A DNA stretch of 60,464 nt from Octopus bimaculoides (GCF_001194135.2 NC_068996.1:13374701-13435164), one strand, 5' to 3'; positions 11,462 through 28,370 are shown, counted from the stretch's first letter. Numbers and translations: made by a program. The notes: generated by a model from the letters alone, not told the origin.

Positions 11462-11731
11462 TTAAAGCCGAGTCAGGCTCATGGGCCCGGTTTCCCGGTT
11501 TCTATGGTGTATGTGTTCCTCCCAGCTGGACGGGACGCCAGCCCATCGCAGCGTTACTCAAGAAACAGTGAGAGAAAGTTGGGGCGAAAGAGTACAAAAG
11601 GGGTCGCCACCACCTCCTGTCGAAGCCTCGTGTTTTCGCTCAATAAACACACACAACGCCCGGTCTGGGAATCGAAACCGCGATCCTCCTACCGCGAGTC
11701 CGATGCCCTAACCACTGGGCCATTGCGCCTC
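11462..11731 (-). mobile_element. tRNA-derived SINE with V-domain-like tail
   Basis: Head GAGGCGCAATGGCCCAGTGGTTAGGG..GGTTTCGATTCCCAGACC; tail GCGATGGGCTGGCGTCCCGTCCAGC. Confidence 0.9.
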
Positions 11732-11789
11732 GGATCGCATTTATTTACTACAGCCATATGCATAAAATATAGGTTTCTAATTTTGAAAT

Positions 11790-11985
11790 AAGGCCAGCAA
11801 TTTTAGGGGACAGAGTAAGTCGTTTACATTGATCCAAGTGTTCAAATGGTGTTTATTTTATCGACCCCAAAAAAGGATGAATGACAAAGTCGACCAAGCT
11901 GAAATTCGAACTCAGAATGTAATGCTCGATGAGCTGCTGACCAGGATTTTGCTCAGCGTGCTAATGAGTCAGCTAGCTCGCCAGC
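11790..11985 (-). mobile_element. SINE (family shared with 21391 and 44360)
   Basis: Minus strand GGCGAGCTAGC..TTAGCACGC..TTCTGAGTTCGAATTTC..GTCGACTTTGTCATTCATCC..GGGGTCGATAAAATAAA. Confidence 0.8.
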
Positions 11986-13889
11986 TTATACTCATATAAT
12001 ATTTACGCACCTTATATTTTGTAATATATTTCTGTTACTACACCTACTGGAAACTCAGGGATGCAAAAACTTCTCTATTGTAGACTTGTTTCAATAGATT
12101 TACCATTATTAAATTCAATTTGTATTAACTTCATAACCTCACCAATCATTTTCTTATAACAAACGATTCACTTGCAACAGAAACTATAAACAACTAAGAT
12201 ATTAATATAAATGATATATCTGTAAACACAGCAAATATTCGCATACATACATACATGCATACATAGGCACACATAAATACATACGCACACACATGTACAT
12301 GTAAATGCACATACATATACACATACATACACACACATGTACACGTACATGCACATACGTGTACATGTACACATGCATACACACATATATATACACACGT
12401 ACACATACACATAAATACATACATATATAGGCTTCTATATTTCATATTGTTTCAGTATATTAATGTTATTAGATCAATTTTTATGGCTTCACCAATTATT
12501 TATTTACAAGTTAGAATTCACGTGCTACAGAAACTTAAGACTTTAAATATAATTGATATATTTGTAAACAAGAAATGTTAGCATGTTTACACACATCTAT
12601 CAATTCTTCTGTATTTTAGATTATTTCAGCATATTTAGCTTTATTAGATATAAAGTTTATGACCTCTCGAATCATTTACTTATAAGTAACAACTCATGTG
12701 TGACAGAAACTATAAACAGCTAAGATCTTAATATAAATAACATATGTATTTTATGATTTCGCTTTTGAATAGCGATACTAATAACCAGTTCTTAGAATTC
12801 AAAATACGTACGCTTTAAAGTAAAATGTTAGACGAGTTCAGAGTGTAATGTTAATTATTGAATGACAAAAGAATAGGAATTACGTAATAATTTTCGTTAA
12901 CTTAAAGCTGTTTTGCTCTAAGAAGCAGTGCACTCAAAGTTGAGTGCTTATGCAATATTTTATAGCTTCCTCAGAGCCATTAAAATCGCATGTGTAAAAA
13001 ACAAACTTTTGTCTGGGAAGCGGATCATAATTCTAACAATTCAAAGTGAGATACGCAAGTGAACGAAGTTAATATCTGTATTTCTATATTTTCTAAGTTC
13101 AGTCTTTTGTACGTTGGTTAAAATGTTCGTATGTTTGAATGGTATTATCAGAGCATCAGGTTTTATTATATTCGCTTCGATTCACACAAGCACTATTGTC
13201 TGAAAGGTTAGGACATTTCTTACTTGTATAAACAATTTCGAAATAAACATTCAGTTAATAATAATAATAATAAATTGAGTTTTCATTTCGCTGCCGACTT
13301 GCAGTCGCCTGTTAATATGGAATTTTACCAAATTCATTCTTGAATTTTTATCAAGGAAAGGCAAAAAAAAAAAAAAAAAAAAATTACAAACTGTTTTTGG
13401 TATTTACTGGTATTTACTGCTCCTTAGCTATTAACATTTTGAAAGGTAAATATGATATAATGATATTCTCAAAGAAACAGCCTTTCAAAACTTTAAATGC
13501 ACGGCTTTTAAGATCATTTGTTTTACTTACTGCTGCTCAAAATTCCTAGTTTTGATATTATAACATTCGCTTTTCTGAGTTTTCTGTTTTTGTTTTTTTT
13601 TCAATCTTACCATAACTTTCCTTTTTTCGATGTTTGAAAACTCGGCCTTGTCACGTCCGATCAAGGCGCGTTCGTTGTTATAGTTCAAACTTACTTGTGT
13701 GTGTGCATGTGTGTGTGTGTATGTGTGTGTGTGAGTGTGTGTGTGTGAATGTGTGAGTGTGTGTGCAAGAGTATATACATAGAACCGTGTATTGTTCACG
13801 TTGTGTATGTACTTAAGTTGGCATTGGTCTCCAAAAACGGTTGCTTTAATTCTTCGACAAATATATTAGTAAAGTATGTATTAAACTGA

Positions 13890-14105
13890 AATAATATAAG
13901 GACACGATCTGTGTCCGTATATTTTCGAACAAGGGAATCTAGCATCCCCACTCAGCTCAAAACAATATTTGTGTATCGTGGTTTCTGAGTTATTTCTCTC
14001 CATCAGCACAGAAAATATAAGGACACAGAATGTGTCGTATAGCTAGCTGGAGACGATGTCTCCTGGGGCTAAATTACAGCAACAGTCGTCCTAAACCAGG
14101 ACTGC
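13890..14105 (+). mobile_element. Fragment of the hairpin-rich element at 51571-51775
   Basis: GGACACAGAATGTGTCGTATAGCTAGCTGGAGACGATGTCTCCTGGGGCTAAATTACAGCAACA matches about 51677-51745. The AATATAAGGACAC..TGTGTC unit occurs twice. Confidence 0.7.
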
Positions 14106-14641
14106 CATATTATGTTGGCAAATAATTTTTACTCCAACTTCTAAGTTGCTTGAAACTTTTTGTTAGTTTGGGCTGAAAAAAATCTATGCAGAAGCCCGAT
14201 GGATAGAATCTACAAGAATTTAGAAGAATTAAGCTTGACGAGCACTTAGCACTATCCATAAAATAGGAGGCACTAGCTTATTGGCTAATTTTCCCGTTAT
14301 TGCACATATTTATTCTAATTATCGCCTTTAAGCCTATTCTTATGTATATTCACAAACGCAAAGTGATACTTGTTATTTCATATCAAATTCAAATTCAGCT
14401 TTTCTATTCCTTTCCAAAATCATTTCTTTATTTTTTTCTTTTGTTTGTGCTCAGCAAGATTAGAACCAAAACCTTAGCCATTATCGTTGTTTCAAAACAC
14501 CACAACAAACTGACTTTTAACTCTCTCTCCTTTTACTAATTTAGGAAAATGAAAATATTTCCTTTGTTTAGTTTTTTAAAAGGTTCTTAATTTATTGCTT
14601 GGAAAGTAACAAGACACTTCTTGATACTTGTTACGACCTTA

Positions 14642-14672
<31 letters not shown>

Positions 14673-15329
14673 AACGTACACACACACATACACACACACA
14701 CACATATGTGAATGCGTATATATGTGTGTGTGTGTATACGTGTGTATATTTGTGTGTGTATATACACACACACATATTATATTATATTGCCATCTATTAC
14801 TTAATACGAATACATTGCAAAACTTATTATTCTAAATTGAATTCTACTTATAACAAAAATAAATCCGCTTCTTGAAGTGCAAACGTTTCCTCGTGATTGA
14901 TGGCGCTATTATTATTGAAATATAATGGATTCTAAATACCAAGAACAACACAAATAGATCACTTAAAAGCCATTGTAACAATATTGAAAAGTAAACTGAT
15001 CCCGGTCGGAATTTCCAGTCAAGGGGTTCAATTGTCTGATGAATTAATCACCAAGTTCCTTGAAGAGATATTGAAGAGTGGTTAAGCATTCACGGACACT
15101 CTTTTACTCTTTTCAGTCATGCGACTGTGGTCATGCTGAACGAAATTGTACTTTTGAATTATAGGGACTATTCATCCGATGGGCTTCTACGCAGTTTCCT
15201 CTTAACCATTTCTATTTTAAAGATATTGGTTGGCATATAGGTATAGAAAAATGACAATATCTCGTAAAAACTAACTTCTTGGTGGCCGCAGCTCTCAGGC
15301 TGAAAATAATAAATGATTTCTTTGTGAAG

Positions 15330-15628
15330 GCGACTGGCTTAGTGGAGAGGTGTGGTTTGATACTCGCCGGCGATTTGTGTCCTTCATTAACGCACTTTAT
15401 TTCACGTTGATTCAGTCCACTCAGCTGGCAGAAATGAACTGTACCTGTATTTAAAAGGGCCAGCCTTGTCACATTTTGTGTTACATCGAATCTCCCTGAG
15501 AATTACATTAAGGGTACACGTGTCTGTGGATTGCTCAGCCACATGCACGTTAATTACCCAAGCAGGTTTTTCCGTTGATTGAATCAACTGGAACGATCGT
15601 CGAAATCACCGACGGTCGGTGTGCCAGT
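15330..15628 (+). mobile_element. SINE (CORE-like box plus the tail shared with 55221)
   Basis: TGTGTCCTTCATTAACGCACTTTATTTCACGTTG, then AAGGGCCAGCCTTGTCACA..AAGGGTACACGTGTCTG..CCGTTGATTGAATCAACTGGAAC. Confidence 0.85.
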
Positions 15629-16429
15629 TAGTTAAAAGAATTCTTTACCATTCGGCCATATTGAGTGAGCCTACAACTGACAAAATCCAATGAGGAGTTT
15701 AGAATAATGTATTTTCTTAGACAGAGAACCAGTCCATTGAATATTTGCAACTCTTAAAAGATTATCTGAAATCTAAGCCCGTTTCCGAAACAGTACGGTG
15801 TAGGGGTTGATGCAAAATAAAGAGCTTTACTTGGTGATGGGCAAGGCACGATCTAAAATTGAGAATTACTATTTGGCAGAGAGGTGTAAAATTAAGAGTA
15901 CAACTCAATTATAACATGAAACACCTTGATACTTTTCGAACGTATAACCTGTGGTTAAACATCTTATCTACTCAATCATCACGTTACTAATTTGTAGTTT
16001 TATTGGCTCTCCAACAACGTGATTGCTGGCTGTATCTGACCATTCATAAGCTGCTGGTTGGAGGAAAGCTGGGACCTTATTATCCGCATTTTATCACTAC
16101 TGTGTGTACCATCTTTCTTCCTCAAAAATTTTAAATCTGAAATCGATTAATTTAAATATAACGCATCTCCCCTATCTTCAATCATTGACTCATTGGTACC
16201 AAATGGAAAAAATCAATAACGTTAATGTAGCTGCTATTACTGATGTTGTTGTGGCTGTTTAACCCAAAGTCAACCGTGATTATGCATACATATGTTGAGA
16301 ATTAATCTAGCCGTGACCACCTCGTCTTTTTTTTACAGCCTAGTTTATTACATACATTTTCAAATGTGGCATTATATTGTTTTGCTGATATTTCTTGCAG
16401 TTTAACTGATCACAGCGGCTCTCTTTGTA

Positions 16430-17049
16430 GTTATTGTTGATGGTGATGACATGGAAGATGGTGAAGACGATAATGATGATGTTGATGATGATGGAAGTAG
16501 TGATGGTGATGATAATGATGTTCATGATGGTGGTTGTGGGGGGGGGGGTAATGATGGTGATGATGATGATGATGATATAATAACGATTTTTTTTATTATG
16601 ATAATAATGATAATAAAAATGCTGATTATGCTGATGATGTTGATTGTTATGTGGGTAATGATAATGTTGCTGTCAGTGAAGTTAATTTAAAGCTGCTGCT
16701 ACAGTTACTGCTTCTGCTGCTGCTCATGCTGCTGCTGAAGTTGGTGATGGTGATGATGATAAAATTGATGATGATGATGATGATAGGGAGGTTGATGATG
16801 CTGATGGTGATAAATATGATAATGATAAAGATGATGATGTGGCGGAGGGGAATATTGTTGATAGTGTTATAGCCAGTGTCGTTAATTTGATGATGATAAT
16901 ACTACTGTTGCTGCTTATTATGATGATGATGATGATGACGATGATAATCATGATCATCGTTATGAAAGATAGTGGGGGGGGGGATATTGCTGATGATAAT
17001 TTTTGGCATTAATGATGATGATGACGACGACGACGACGACGACGACGAC

Positions 17050-17090
<41 letters not shown>

Positions 17091-17100
17091 GGTGGTGGAG
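16430..17100. repeat. Compound (GAT)n/(GAC)n/(GCT)n trinucleotide low-complexity tract
   Basis: Directly visible; it produces the poly-D/M/L pseudo-ORFs in the ORF track. Confidence 0.95.
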
Positions 17101-17760
17101 AGGAGATCGACGTAGTTGAGAAAAAGAATACCAATGAGAATGTCGGCAATGATTTTTTTTTTTAATATTTCATTTCATTTTTTTTTCTTGATTAGCATTA
17201 CATAAGATGAAAGAATTATGAATACATTTTTTTTCTATAAAAACAACAACAACAACAACAACAAACAAACAACGAAAATAGCTACACTACAACAAAGATA
17301 TATGTATATATAAATTAGAAAATCTATGTTTGAGAGAATAAAGATAAATTGAAATGTTTATAAATATAAATTAATTGTAGTTAATGAGAGAAACAGTAAT
17401 ATTAATAGTTCGATTGGCATAAGATATAATAGATCGATAGATTTAGGATATTGTCAGAAAAGAATATGAATAAATGATTATTTCTTAAAAAAAAAACAAT
17501 GATGGAAAACAGTCAAACAAACATATCAACCCATAAATTATTGTTATATTCAGGTTTTACAAAATGATGATGATGATCATCATCATCATGATCATCATCA
17601 TCATCGTTATCAACATTATGATAACAACACCGACCAACAACAGTAATAATAATTTCTTTTATTTGACAGATGAGCATCAGATGAAGTGGACATTAGGACA
17701 GTTTGCGTTTTGTGTGGAGGTTCACGTAAAAACACGATGCAAATAATATCAACAACAACA

Positions 17761-17789
<29 letters not shown>

Positions 17790-17795
<6 letters not shown>

Positions 17796-18490
17796 GTTGT
17801 GGTGTGATCTGGGAAGAGGTAAAGGAATACTGAACCACTTGCTGTTCATAGATGACCTGAAGCTATTCACAAAAACTGAGGCAGAACTGGACAGCCTAGT
17901 CCAGTCTGTACGGATTTTCTCCAATGATAGAGTTTGGACTCTCAAAATGTGCTACGATGGAGATGAGACGAGGAAAGCTTGCCACGACAGAAGGTATATG
18001 GTTGCCAAGTGAAATGAGGAAGGTAATTCAACCTCAATCCAACTATAAATACCTGGGAATACTTGAGGTAGATGCAATCAAATACAACGACGTGAAGGAA
18101 GAGACAAAAAGAGAGTACCTGCGGTGAGTGAGAAAAAATTTGGCTTCAAAGCTGAATGCCAGAAACAGTGATAATAATTTCAATTATTTGCCACCTGGGT
18201 AACAGTAACTCCCTGAATAAGAGTTCTTTAAGGATGTTGAACAAAACACCCATGTTTCCAATTGATGAGTCCTCTGCCAAAAAGAAAGTCTTTTTTTCCC
18301 TCATACTTTCATCAACATTATTGCTATAACCTTCAGACAAAGAAAAATCCGTGCCTGGTTTAAGGATAGCTTGGAGGCAATTATTATGGTGGACTCGGCT
18401 GATAGCCAAAGAAGCTACTGTAATTATTGGACACAAGTTTACTAGCCAGCATCATCTCAGTATTGAATGAGTGCATGCGAATTATCTTAA
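17790..18490 (+). mobile_element. Dong/R4-like LINE RT fragment, 5'-truncated, following (AAT)n
   Basis: ILNHLLFIDDLKLF, EFGLSKCA, YKYLGILE and KREYLR*VRKNLASKLNARN. Confidence 0.9.
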
Positions 18491-18539
18491 GTTACTATAT
18501 GTGCATCATGGACAAGTTCAAATGATGGCCTTCTGTGCA

Positions 18540-19095
18540 TGTAGAGTTCATCTCGAATCCGTAGATCTCACGGAGGCACTGTTACTCTAAAGATTTCCGA
18601 AAGTTCTCCGTAGCATCATCGATACGAATCTACTTCAAAGAAGACCAATCACTTCATTTTCATTGAAATCCGGAGTTTCGTCAGGACCTTATTGTGTGGT
18701 GTGGCGTTGGTATTCACGAAGACTGCGTTAGGAGAGAGATGTGGATGTCAAAGTGTATGCATGATTGTTATTGCGTGTCGGTAGATTGCTCATGAGTGAC
18801 CTTCCTTGAAGGTTTCGGTGTTCGTTGTGGAATTACTGTTTAATGGTGTTGTGCTCTTGGTTTCCCCACGCGGCTGTGATATTGAGGTTGTTTTTTTGTC
18901 CCCCAACCTCTGATATTATGACTATTACTGCAATTATTTTTGCTGTTGAAGCTGTTGCTGCCACCGTTGCTGTAACTGTACGGTGCATTTGTTGCGAATG
19001 TTTTTTGATCGTAGTTACTCCTCTTGTTGTTGTGATATTGGCAGCAGTGCGGGCCTTCTCCTAACAAGCTGTGCCAGTAAGGATTCCTGGGGTGG
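18540..19095 (-). mobile_element. Putative LINE 5'/N-terminal region (dispersed repeat; partial inverted copy at 19790-19895)
   Basis: ACAGCTTGTTAGGAGAAGGCCCGCACTGCTGCCAATATCACAACAACAAGAGGAGTAACTACGATCAAAA (minus strand) recurs on the plus strand at about 19820-19895. Assignment to the Dong-like family is by proximity only. Confidence 0.5.
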
Positions 19096-20039
19096 TGTCT
19101 GTTGTCTTCCACAATAATTTGGAGTTGGCAATACAATGTAAGAGAATCTTGTCTATGATTTTTAGCTTCGTCTGGATCATGATGTCCAGTCCATTCCTAG
19201 CCCAATTTTCATTTTGATATTCAATATTGAAGTGCGTATCCAGATCTAGGATAACACATGTCACTACACATCAAATATCGAAATCTAATGACACAGGCGA
19301 TATTTTAACATTTATCTCTTGCTACCGCCTAAGCTATGTGAGATAGCGTGTGGAATTAGAATGTGTTTGAGTCAAGTTTCATGTGAGGAATCTAATAACT
19401 ACATTGCCTGACTCGAGAAAAAAAAAACTCCGTATTACTCATTTGTTTTAGCTTTTCTTCCATTTGGATGTGTGTGATTATAATAGTTTTCTGTCTGTTC
19501 TTTCTACCATTTGTGAAAGAACTGCAAGGCAAGTTATATTGCTACCATTTTTGAAGAGATTTTTGTTACGTTCGGACTCCAGCATTTGTCTTCCATGCAA
19601 AGTTGCTCATGGAACGTTTTAGATTATGCACAGGTGCCCACTTTTATAGTAGCTTTGGTAAAAATATTTGTATTGTTGTTTGTGATGATGGCGATCTTCC
19701 CACTAGTCACATCGAAACGGTCAAATCCTGGAACGATTTTACGCAAAACTAAGCACAACCTGACGTAGCAAGTAAACAAATCCCTTCCCCCAAGAATCCA
19801 TACTAGCGAGTGCAACTTACACAGCTTGTTAGAAGAAGGCCCGCACTGCTACCAACATCGCAACGACAACAAGGGGAGTAACTACGATCAAAAGAACAAA
19901 TAGGTGGAAAATAAGACATTTTGGTAAAAACAGCTGAGATTCAGCGAGGTTTCATTACAAGCAGTTAATAAAACAACAATAATATTAATAATAATATTCT
20001 ATGAAACATCATCATCATCATCATCATGCTAGTACATTA

Positions 20040-20815
20040 TGTTAATTTATTTAGCAGAGATTTTATCTAGAGGTTGGGTGACAACAAGTTTCCTCAAATT
20101 TCAAGAATTTTCCTTGAGAGACTATAGGATGGTACCTTGATGCAGGTCGACAGTGCGACATTCCAATCTCTCAGTTTTTCAGGAAGAACTTTGGATGTTG
20201 TGCCAAAATAACCAATTAATACAGGTATGATTATTGTTTTGCTCTTCCACACTCTCTCCAGCTCTCTCAAATTTTTTCAATTTCTTTGGCATAAACTCTG
20301 CTATGATAAGGAATTGCAAAATGCATCATCTTACACCGCTTGCTTACTTTCATCCTCTGTAATCATATCTGGTCTTCTTGCTTCAGCAGTAAGGTCAATG
20401 TGTATAGGGAAGTCCCATAAGATTCTACAATTCTTGTTTTCTATCTCACCCTCGATTTCGTGTTCATTCCATTTTTCTTCTACTTTGAAACCACTTACTC
20501 GGCTAAAATCTCAATGCACTCTTTCACCGAAGTAGTCATGTATGCACTTATACTCTTTTTGCTCTATGTTGGTGCACTCACTCAAAAGGTGATCGATGTT
20601 TTCGTCTCTTTTCCCAAGGATTCTACATTTCGTTAGACTGTGTTTTATCGATCTTCTTTGTTTTTATCAGGTTTGTTCGAATGGTCAGTTCGAATGCCTT
20701 GTTCCTTAGCCGCTGTACACAATTAGCGTTTCTGTCACTTGTTTCAAGTTCCTGTCCGACAACCAGAGCTAGAGATCTTTACTTTCAACATCTTCGGGTT
20801 CAACATGTTGTTGTT
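20040..20815 (-). mobile_element. Dong/R4-like LINE 3' end with restriction-like endonuclease
   Basis: CRILGKRDENIDHLLSEC (zinc-knuckle relic), NCRILWDFPI..EARRPDMI and IIPVLIGYFGT..SRKILEI*. Confidence 0.9.
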
Positions 20816-20939
20816 GTTGTGTTGTTATTATTATCATTATAATTATATGGAAATTCACAGCTTACTTTGCTGGATATGATGGAAAGTATCAGCTGTCCAT
20901 TGACAGCAGACAAAAGTTGACACTTGTTTACTGGTCATG

Positions 20940-21100
20940 CTTCAAGAACCCTGCGAAGAATTCTTGCTGTTCGAAGCAATGCTGATTTTGCACCAATCTT
21001 TTCTCAGCCATGCTGCTGATATTTCCAAGTGCACCAATTACTATTGGTATCACGTCTACTCTCCTAATTGACCACACTTCGTATTCCCCACTTTAAATCG
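20940..21100 (-). mobile_element. Second Dong/R4-like 3' terminal fragment
   Basis: WSIRRVDVIPIVIGALGNIS and KSALLRTARILRRVLEA*. Confidence 0.85.
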
Positions 21101-21318
21101 TCGTAGTTGTTTATTTCGTCTTCTTCTCCTTCTCCACCTCCTCCTCATCATCATTGTCATCGTCATCGTCATCGTCATCGTCATCATCTTCTTTCAGTTC
21201 TATTTCCATTTCTTGCCGACTGTCTTCCTGACACCAAGGGCTATTATTATTATTATTATTATTATTATCATTATCATTAATATTATTATTATTGTTGTTG
21301 TTGTTGTCGTTATTATTA

Positions 21319-21359
<41 letters not shown>

Positions 21360-21390
21360 ATTATTATTATTATCATTACTGTTATTATTA

Positions 21391-21600
21391 AGGCAGCGAA
21401 CTGGCAGAGTCGTTCGCAAGCCAGGTAAAATGTCTAGGCACATTTCGTCCGTCTTTACGTTATTGTGTTTACATTCCGCTGTGGTCGACTTTGCCTTTCA
21501 TCGTTTCGGGGTCGATAAATTAAGTACAAGTGAAATACTGGAGTCGATGTAAGCAACTACTCCACTCCCCCAAATGTTCAGGCATCTTGCCTTTAGTACA
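21391..21600 (+). mobile_element. SINE embedded in (ATT)n tracts
   Basis: GGCAGCGAACTGGCAGAGTCGTT..GGTCGACTTTGCCTTTCATCGTTTCGGGGTCGATAAATTAAGTAC. Confidence 0.85.
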
Positions 21601-21635
21601 AATGATTATTATTATTATCATCGTTATTTTTATTA

Positions 21636-21666
<31 letters not shown>

Positions 21667-22299
21667 ATTATTATTACTATTATTATTGCTATCGCTGTTG
21701 TTGTTGTAATTGCTGTCGTCTTTGTAATCCTAAATTTTATCGTATTCTGTGTTTTTTTCTTAAATTTTCTTTAGAGTTGGGTCCAAAGAGTATTGACTTT
21801 TTCCAGGAGGGAGAATATTAGAACTGCGTAAATGATGATGATGATGGTGGTGACAATTTGTTATTATTGAACAAAATGCCTAAGAGAACGAAAGTACTCT
21901 TTGATGATGCGCCGTCACGCACCTGCAGAAATATCTCGATTATTGCGATGGTGTCAATTACAACGACAACGACGACAACAACGAGGGTGAATCGGTGTGG
22001 GAGTCTTTCGTCTCTTTAACAAAACCGCAGTCATGGGTCAAGCGTAGACGGCTGGTTTAATGTTTGAGATTTTCAGAATAATTCGATGGAAGATACATAA
22101 TAAATGGTAAATTGTCAAAATGACAAATGAGAATAAGAAAAACAAATAAAGAAATAGATATATGAATACAGACGTATACACAAATTCCGGTGTAAAAGGA
22201 ACGGGAAAAAAAATTGCGGTGCCAGAGACAAAGAATAAAAATGAATACAAAGTTATGGTCAAAGAATTCTGAGAAACAAGAAAGAAATATATAAATATA

Positions 22300-25200
<2,901 letters not shown>

Positions 25201-25495
25201 TGAAAGGGAGAAACAGAGAGATATAGACATTGACAAGTCTGTTGAACGTGTGGAGCGGGGAGTGAATAGGAAACATAATGATAACTACGATAATTTAAAA
25301 TATGTTTTAGTCGAATGTGAAGATCAATAAATAAATAAACAAATAGATAAAAGTTAAGCTGAAGGAGTATGGTACAGAATGAGAAGATATAAGGAAATTG
25401 GCCGTCAGAGAATTTAAGAAAAGACGTTAGTAAGAAACAAAACAGTGACATTAGCAAAGAAAAGAATTGGTAACAAAGTCAATGGAAGACCTTCA

Positions 25496-25534
<39 letters not shown>

Positions 25535-25602
25535 GGATGGACAGAGACAGAACGTAAAACAGTGAATGAGATATATAGAGTTCAGCCAGAACGGACAAAT
25601 TC

Positions 25603-25659
<57 letters not shown>

Positions 25660-26001
25660 NNNNNNNNNNNNNNNNNNNNNNNNNNNNNNNNNNNNNNNNN
25701 NNNNNNNNNNNNNNNNNNNNNNNNNNNNNNNNNNNNNNNNNNNNNNNNNNNNNNNNNNNNNNNNNNNNNNNNNNNNNNNNNNNNNNNNNNNNNNNNNNNN
25801 NNNNNNNNNNNNNNNNNNNNNNNNNNNNNNNNNNNNNNNNNNNNNNNNNNNNNNNNNNNNNNNNNNNNNNNNNNNNNNNNNNNNNNNNNNNNNNNNNNNN
25901 NNNNNNNNNNNNNNNNNNNNNNNNNNNNNNNNNNNNNNNNNNNNNNNNNNNNNNNNNNNNNNNNNNNNNNNNNNNNNNNNNNNNNNNNNNNNNNNNNNNN
26001 N

Positions 26002-26050
<49 letters not shown>

Positions 26051-26229
26051 GTATGTATAGATATTTGGTTCATGTTGATCGTGGGGCAATATGCCTGCAA
26101 TTTTGTTGCAGTATGATACTGTATTTTAATGGCGTATACAGAAATAGTTTGAAAGCTAGTTTGATTGCGTGGGCAGATGTAAAGCAATTGTGGAATAGAA
26201 GTAAGAAATAAACTCAGGAAGGAAGACGT

Positions 26230-26800
26230 GAGTTAAGGGGAGGGATGTGAAGCGGAAGAAGGTAAAAGTTTATAGGGTGCTGATGGAAAGGAAAGGGAAG
26301 TTAGACATTGATCTGGTAAACAGAGCTTTTCGGAATCTAGGTAGGCTACTGCTAAATTGATTAAATTTAGATTTGCATACAGGTCAGATGGACGTCAAAT
26401 TCCGTGGTTTGCGTTGAAAGATGGTAAGTTGCGACGTTACTGTTTGAATGTATTCAAGCATGTATGCGAATATAGGTGTAAGAAGGTTAGATTTGGATAG
26501 GAATACTGCTCCAAGACATGTCAAATTTAGTGATTTGATTCCAAAATTTCAGTCTAAGATTATCGTAAATTGTGAGAAAGCATTACTTTTAAATACTGGT
26601 TTTGTAGACAAGAAGTATTGTCAATTCTGATGTTCATATAAAGTTTACTTTGAGGCCAGCTGATATTTACATATACATTTGTGTGGTCAATCATTTCTTT
26701 TCTTTTTATACACCTGGTCGCAAATTAATATCCATGATTTTTCATACGTCTGCAGACAATTTCATGGATAGATTCTTGCACATATTGGTATAAATGTGCA
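26230..26800 (-). mobile_element. Probable heavily degraded continuation of the RTE RT (from the xADD motif onward)
   Basis: NLSMKLSADV (cf. LRFADD), AGLKVNF and LNLTCLGAVF are collinear with the RTE at 27190-27990, across a microsatellite block. Confidence 0.5.
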
Positions 26801-26992
26801 CGCGATACATATATTCTATCTATCTATCTATCTATTTATTTATCTGTCTATTTCGGGGCATGTATGTGTATCTCTCTCCTCACACAAACGCGCGCGCGTA
26901 CACACACACACACATATAGTATACATACATATCACTAACCATAACTTTATATATGTGTGTGTGTAATGTGCATTTATACATATACATATACG

Positions 26993-27032
<40 letters not shown>

Positions 27033-27189
27033 CATACACATATATATAGAGAGAAAGAAATAGAAAGAAAGAGAGAGTGAGAGAAAGAGAAACAGATAAA
27101 TATATAGATATACGTGTACTTATGTATTGTTTTGCGAGCATATATACTTATGTGTGTATATAAATGTCTATTTGTTTCGATATGTAGAT

Positions 27190-27990
27190 AACTACATATT
27201 CACACCACCTGTCCAGTCGATCTTCTTGATCATTCCTAGACATGCAATAAAGATCTTTGGAGAGATGGTGTTTCCTTGCTCGACACACTACTCGAGGATT
27301 CCTACTGGTTGTGATAGCAGAGTTATTATCTGTTGTGCATTCAGAGATCGCATCACTGAGCGGTTTGATGTATTTTTCTTCCACACCTTGCGTTTCCAGA
27401 GATTTCAATACTACTCTTATCTGGACAGCCTTTTCATAATCAGCGAAGGCGATACACAGGGGAAGCTTGTATTCATACACTCGTTCTATGAGCTTTGTTA
27501 AAGTGGATATGTGATCAACCATATTATAGGTCTTACGGCAGCCTGCTCGTTTTTTCGTCTAACTTCCTTTAATAGTCTATGAACTTTGGAAACAACATAT
27601 AGAGGTGAAACAAGAGGCATAGAGGGCGATAGTTTTTTAAAATCTTCTTTATCACTCTTCTTATGAAGCAGGGTGGTATTTGATTCTTTCCTCAGTGAAG
27701 GTATTTTACAATCCTTCGGGTAGTGATTAAAACGTAGGACGAGAGTTTTCCACAGCACTTCACCATTGCATCTGTCGTAATGCCGCCTTTCACTTCAACT
27801 TCGCCTGTTTCCATCAGTTTAAGGGCATTTTCAATATCACTGATTAGAATACCTGTGAGTTCTTCAAGCGTTTCTAGTGGTGTGGGGTCGAGCTTCACTG
27901 ATGATTTAAAAGGGATTGTGTAGATGTTTTTGCATATAAACGCTTCACAGAAGACCGCTGATTTTATTCGTTGACTCTCAGCAATGAGAG
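27190..27990 (-). mobile_element. RTE-clade LINE RT fragment
   Basis: DIENALKLMETG..GGITTD, LLHKKSDKEDFK, NEQAAVRP and DHISTLTKLIERVYEYKLPLCIAFADYEKA. Confidence 0.9.
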
Positions 27991-28320
27991 AAAGCATATT
28001 CATTCACATACATACATACATGCATACACACATACATACATGCGTACATTCATACAAACATACATACATACATACATACTTACATGCATACATACATGCA
28101 TACACAGAAGCTTATTTGAATTAGTTCACTTTGGAAATGTTGTGTGTGATGGACCCTTGATGAAATTGCAGCGACTAGGGTGCATAATTGCATACAGAGC
28201 AATGTGCATTCGCTGCAGTAGAAACATATGTAGGTCATTGTTATGTAGAATAATAATGTAGAAAACATATTTTAATAAAAAGTTTGGATGTGAATAAATC
28301 TCCACTCTCCTCTTCATTTT

Positions 28321-28370
<50 letters not shown>

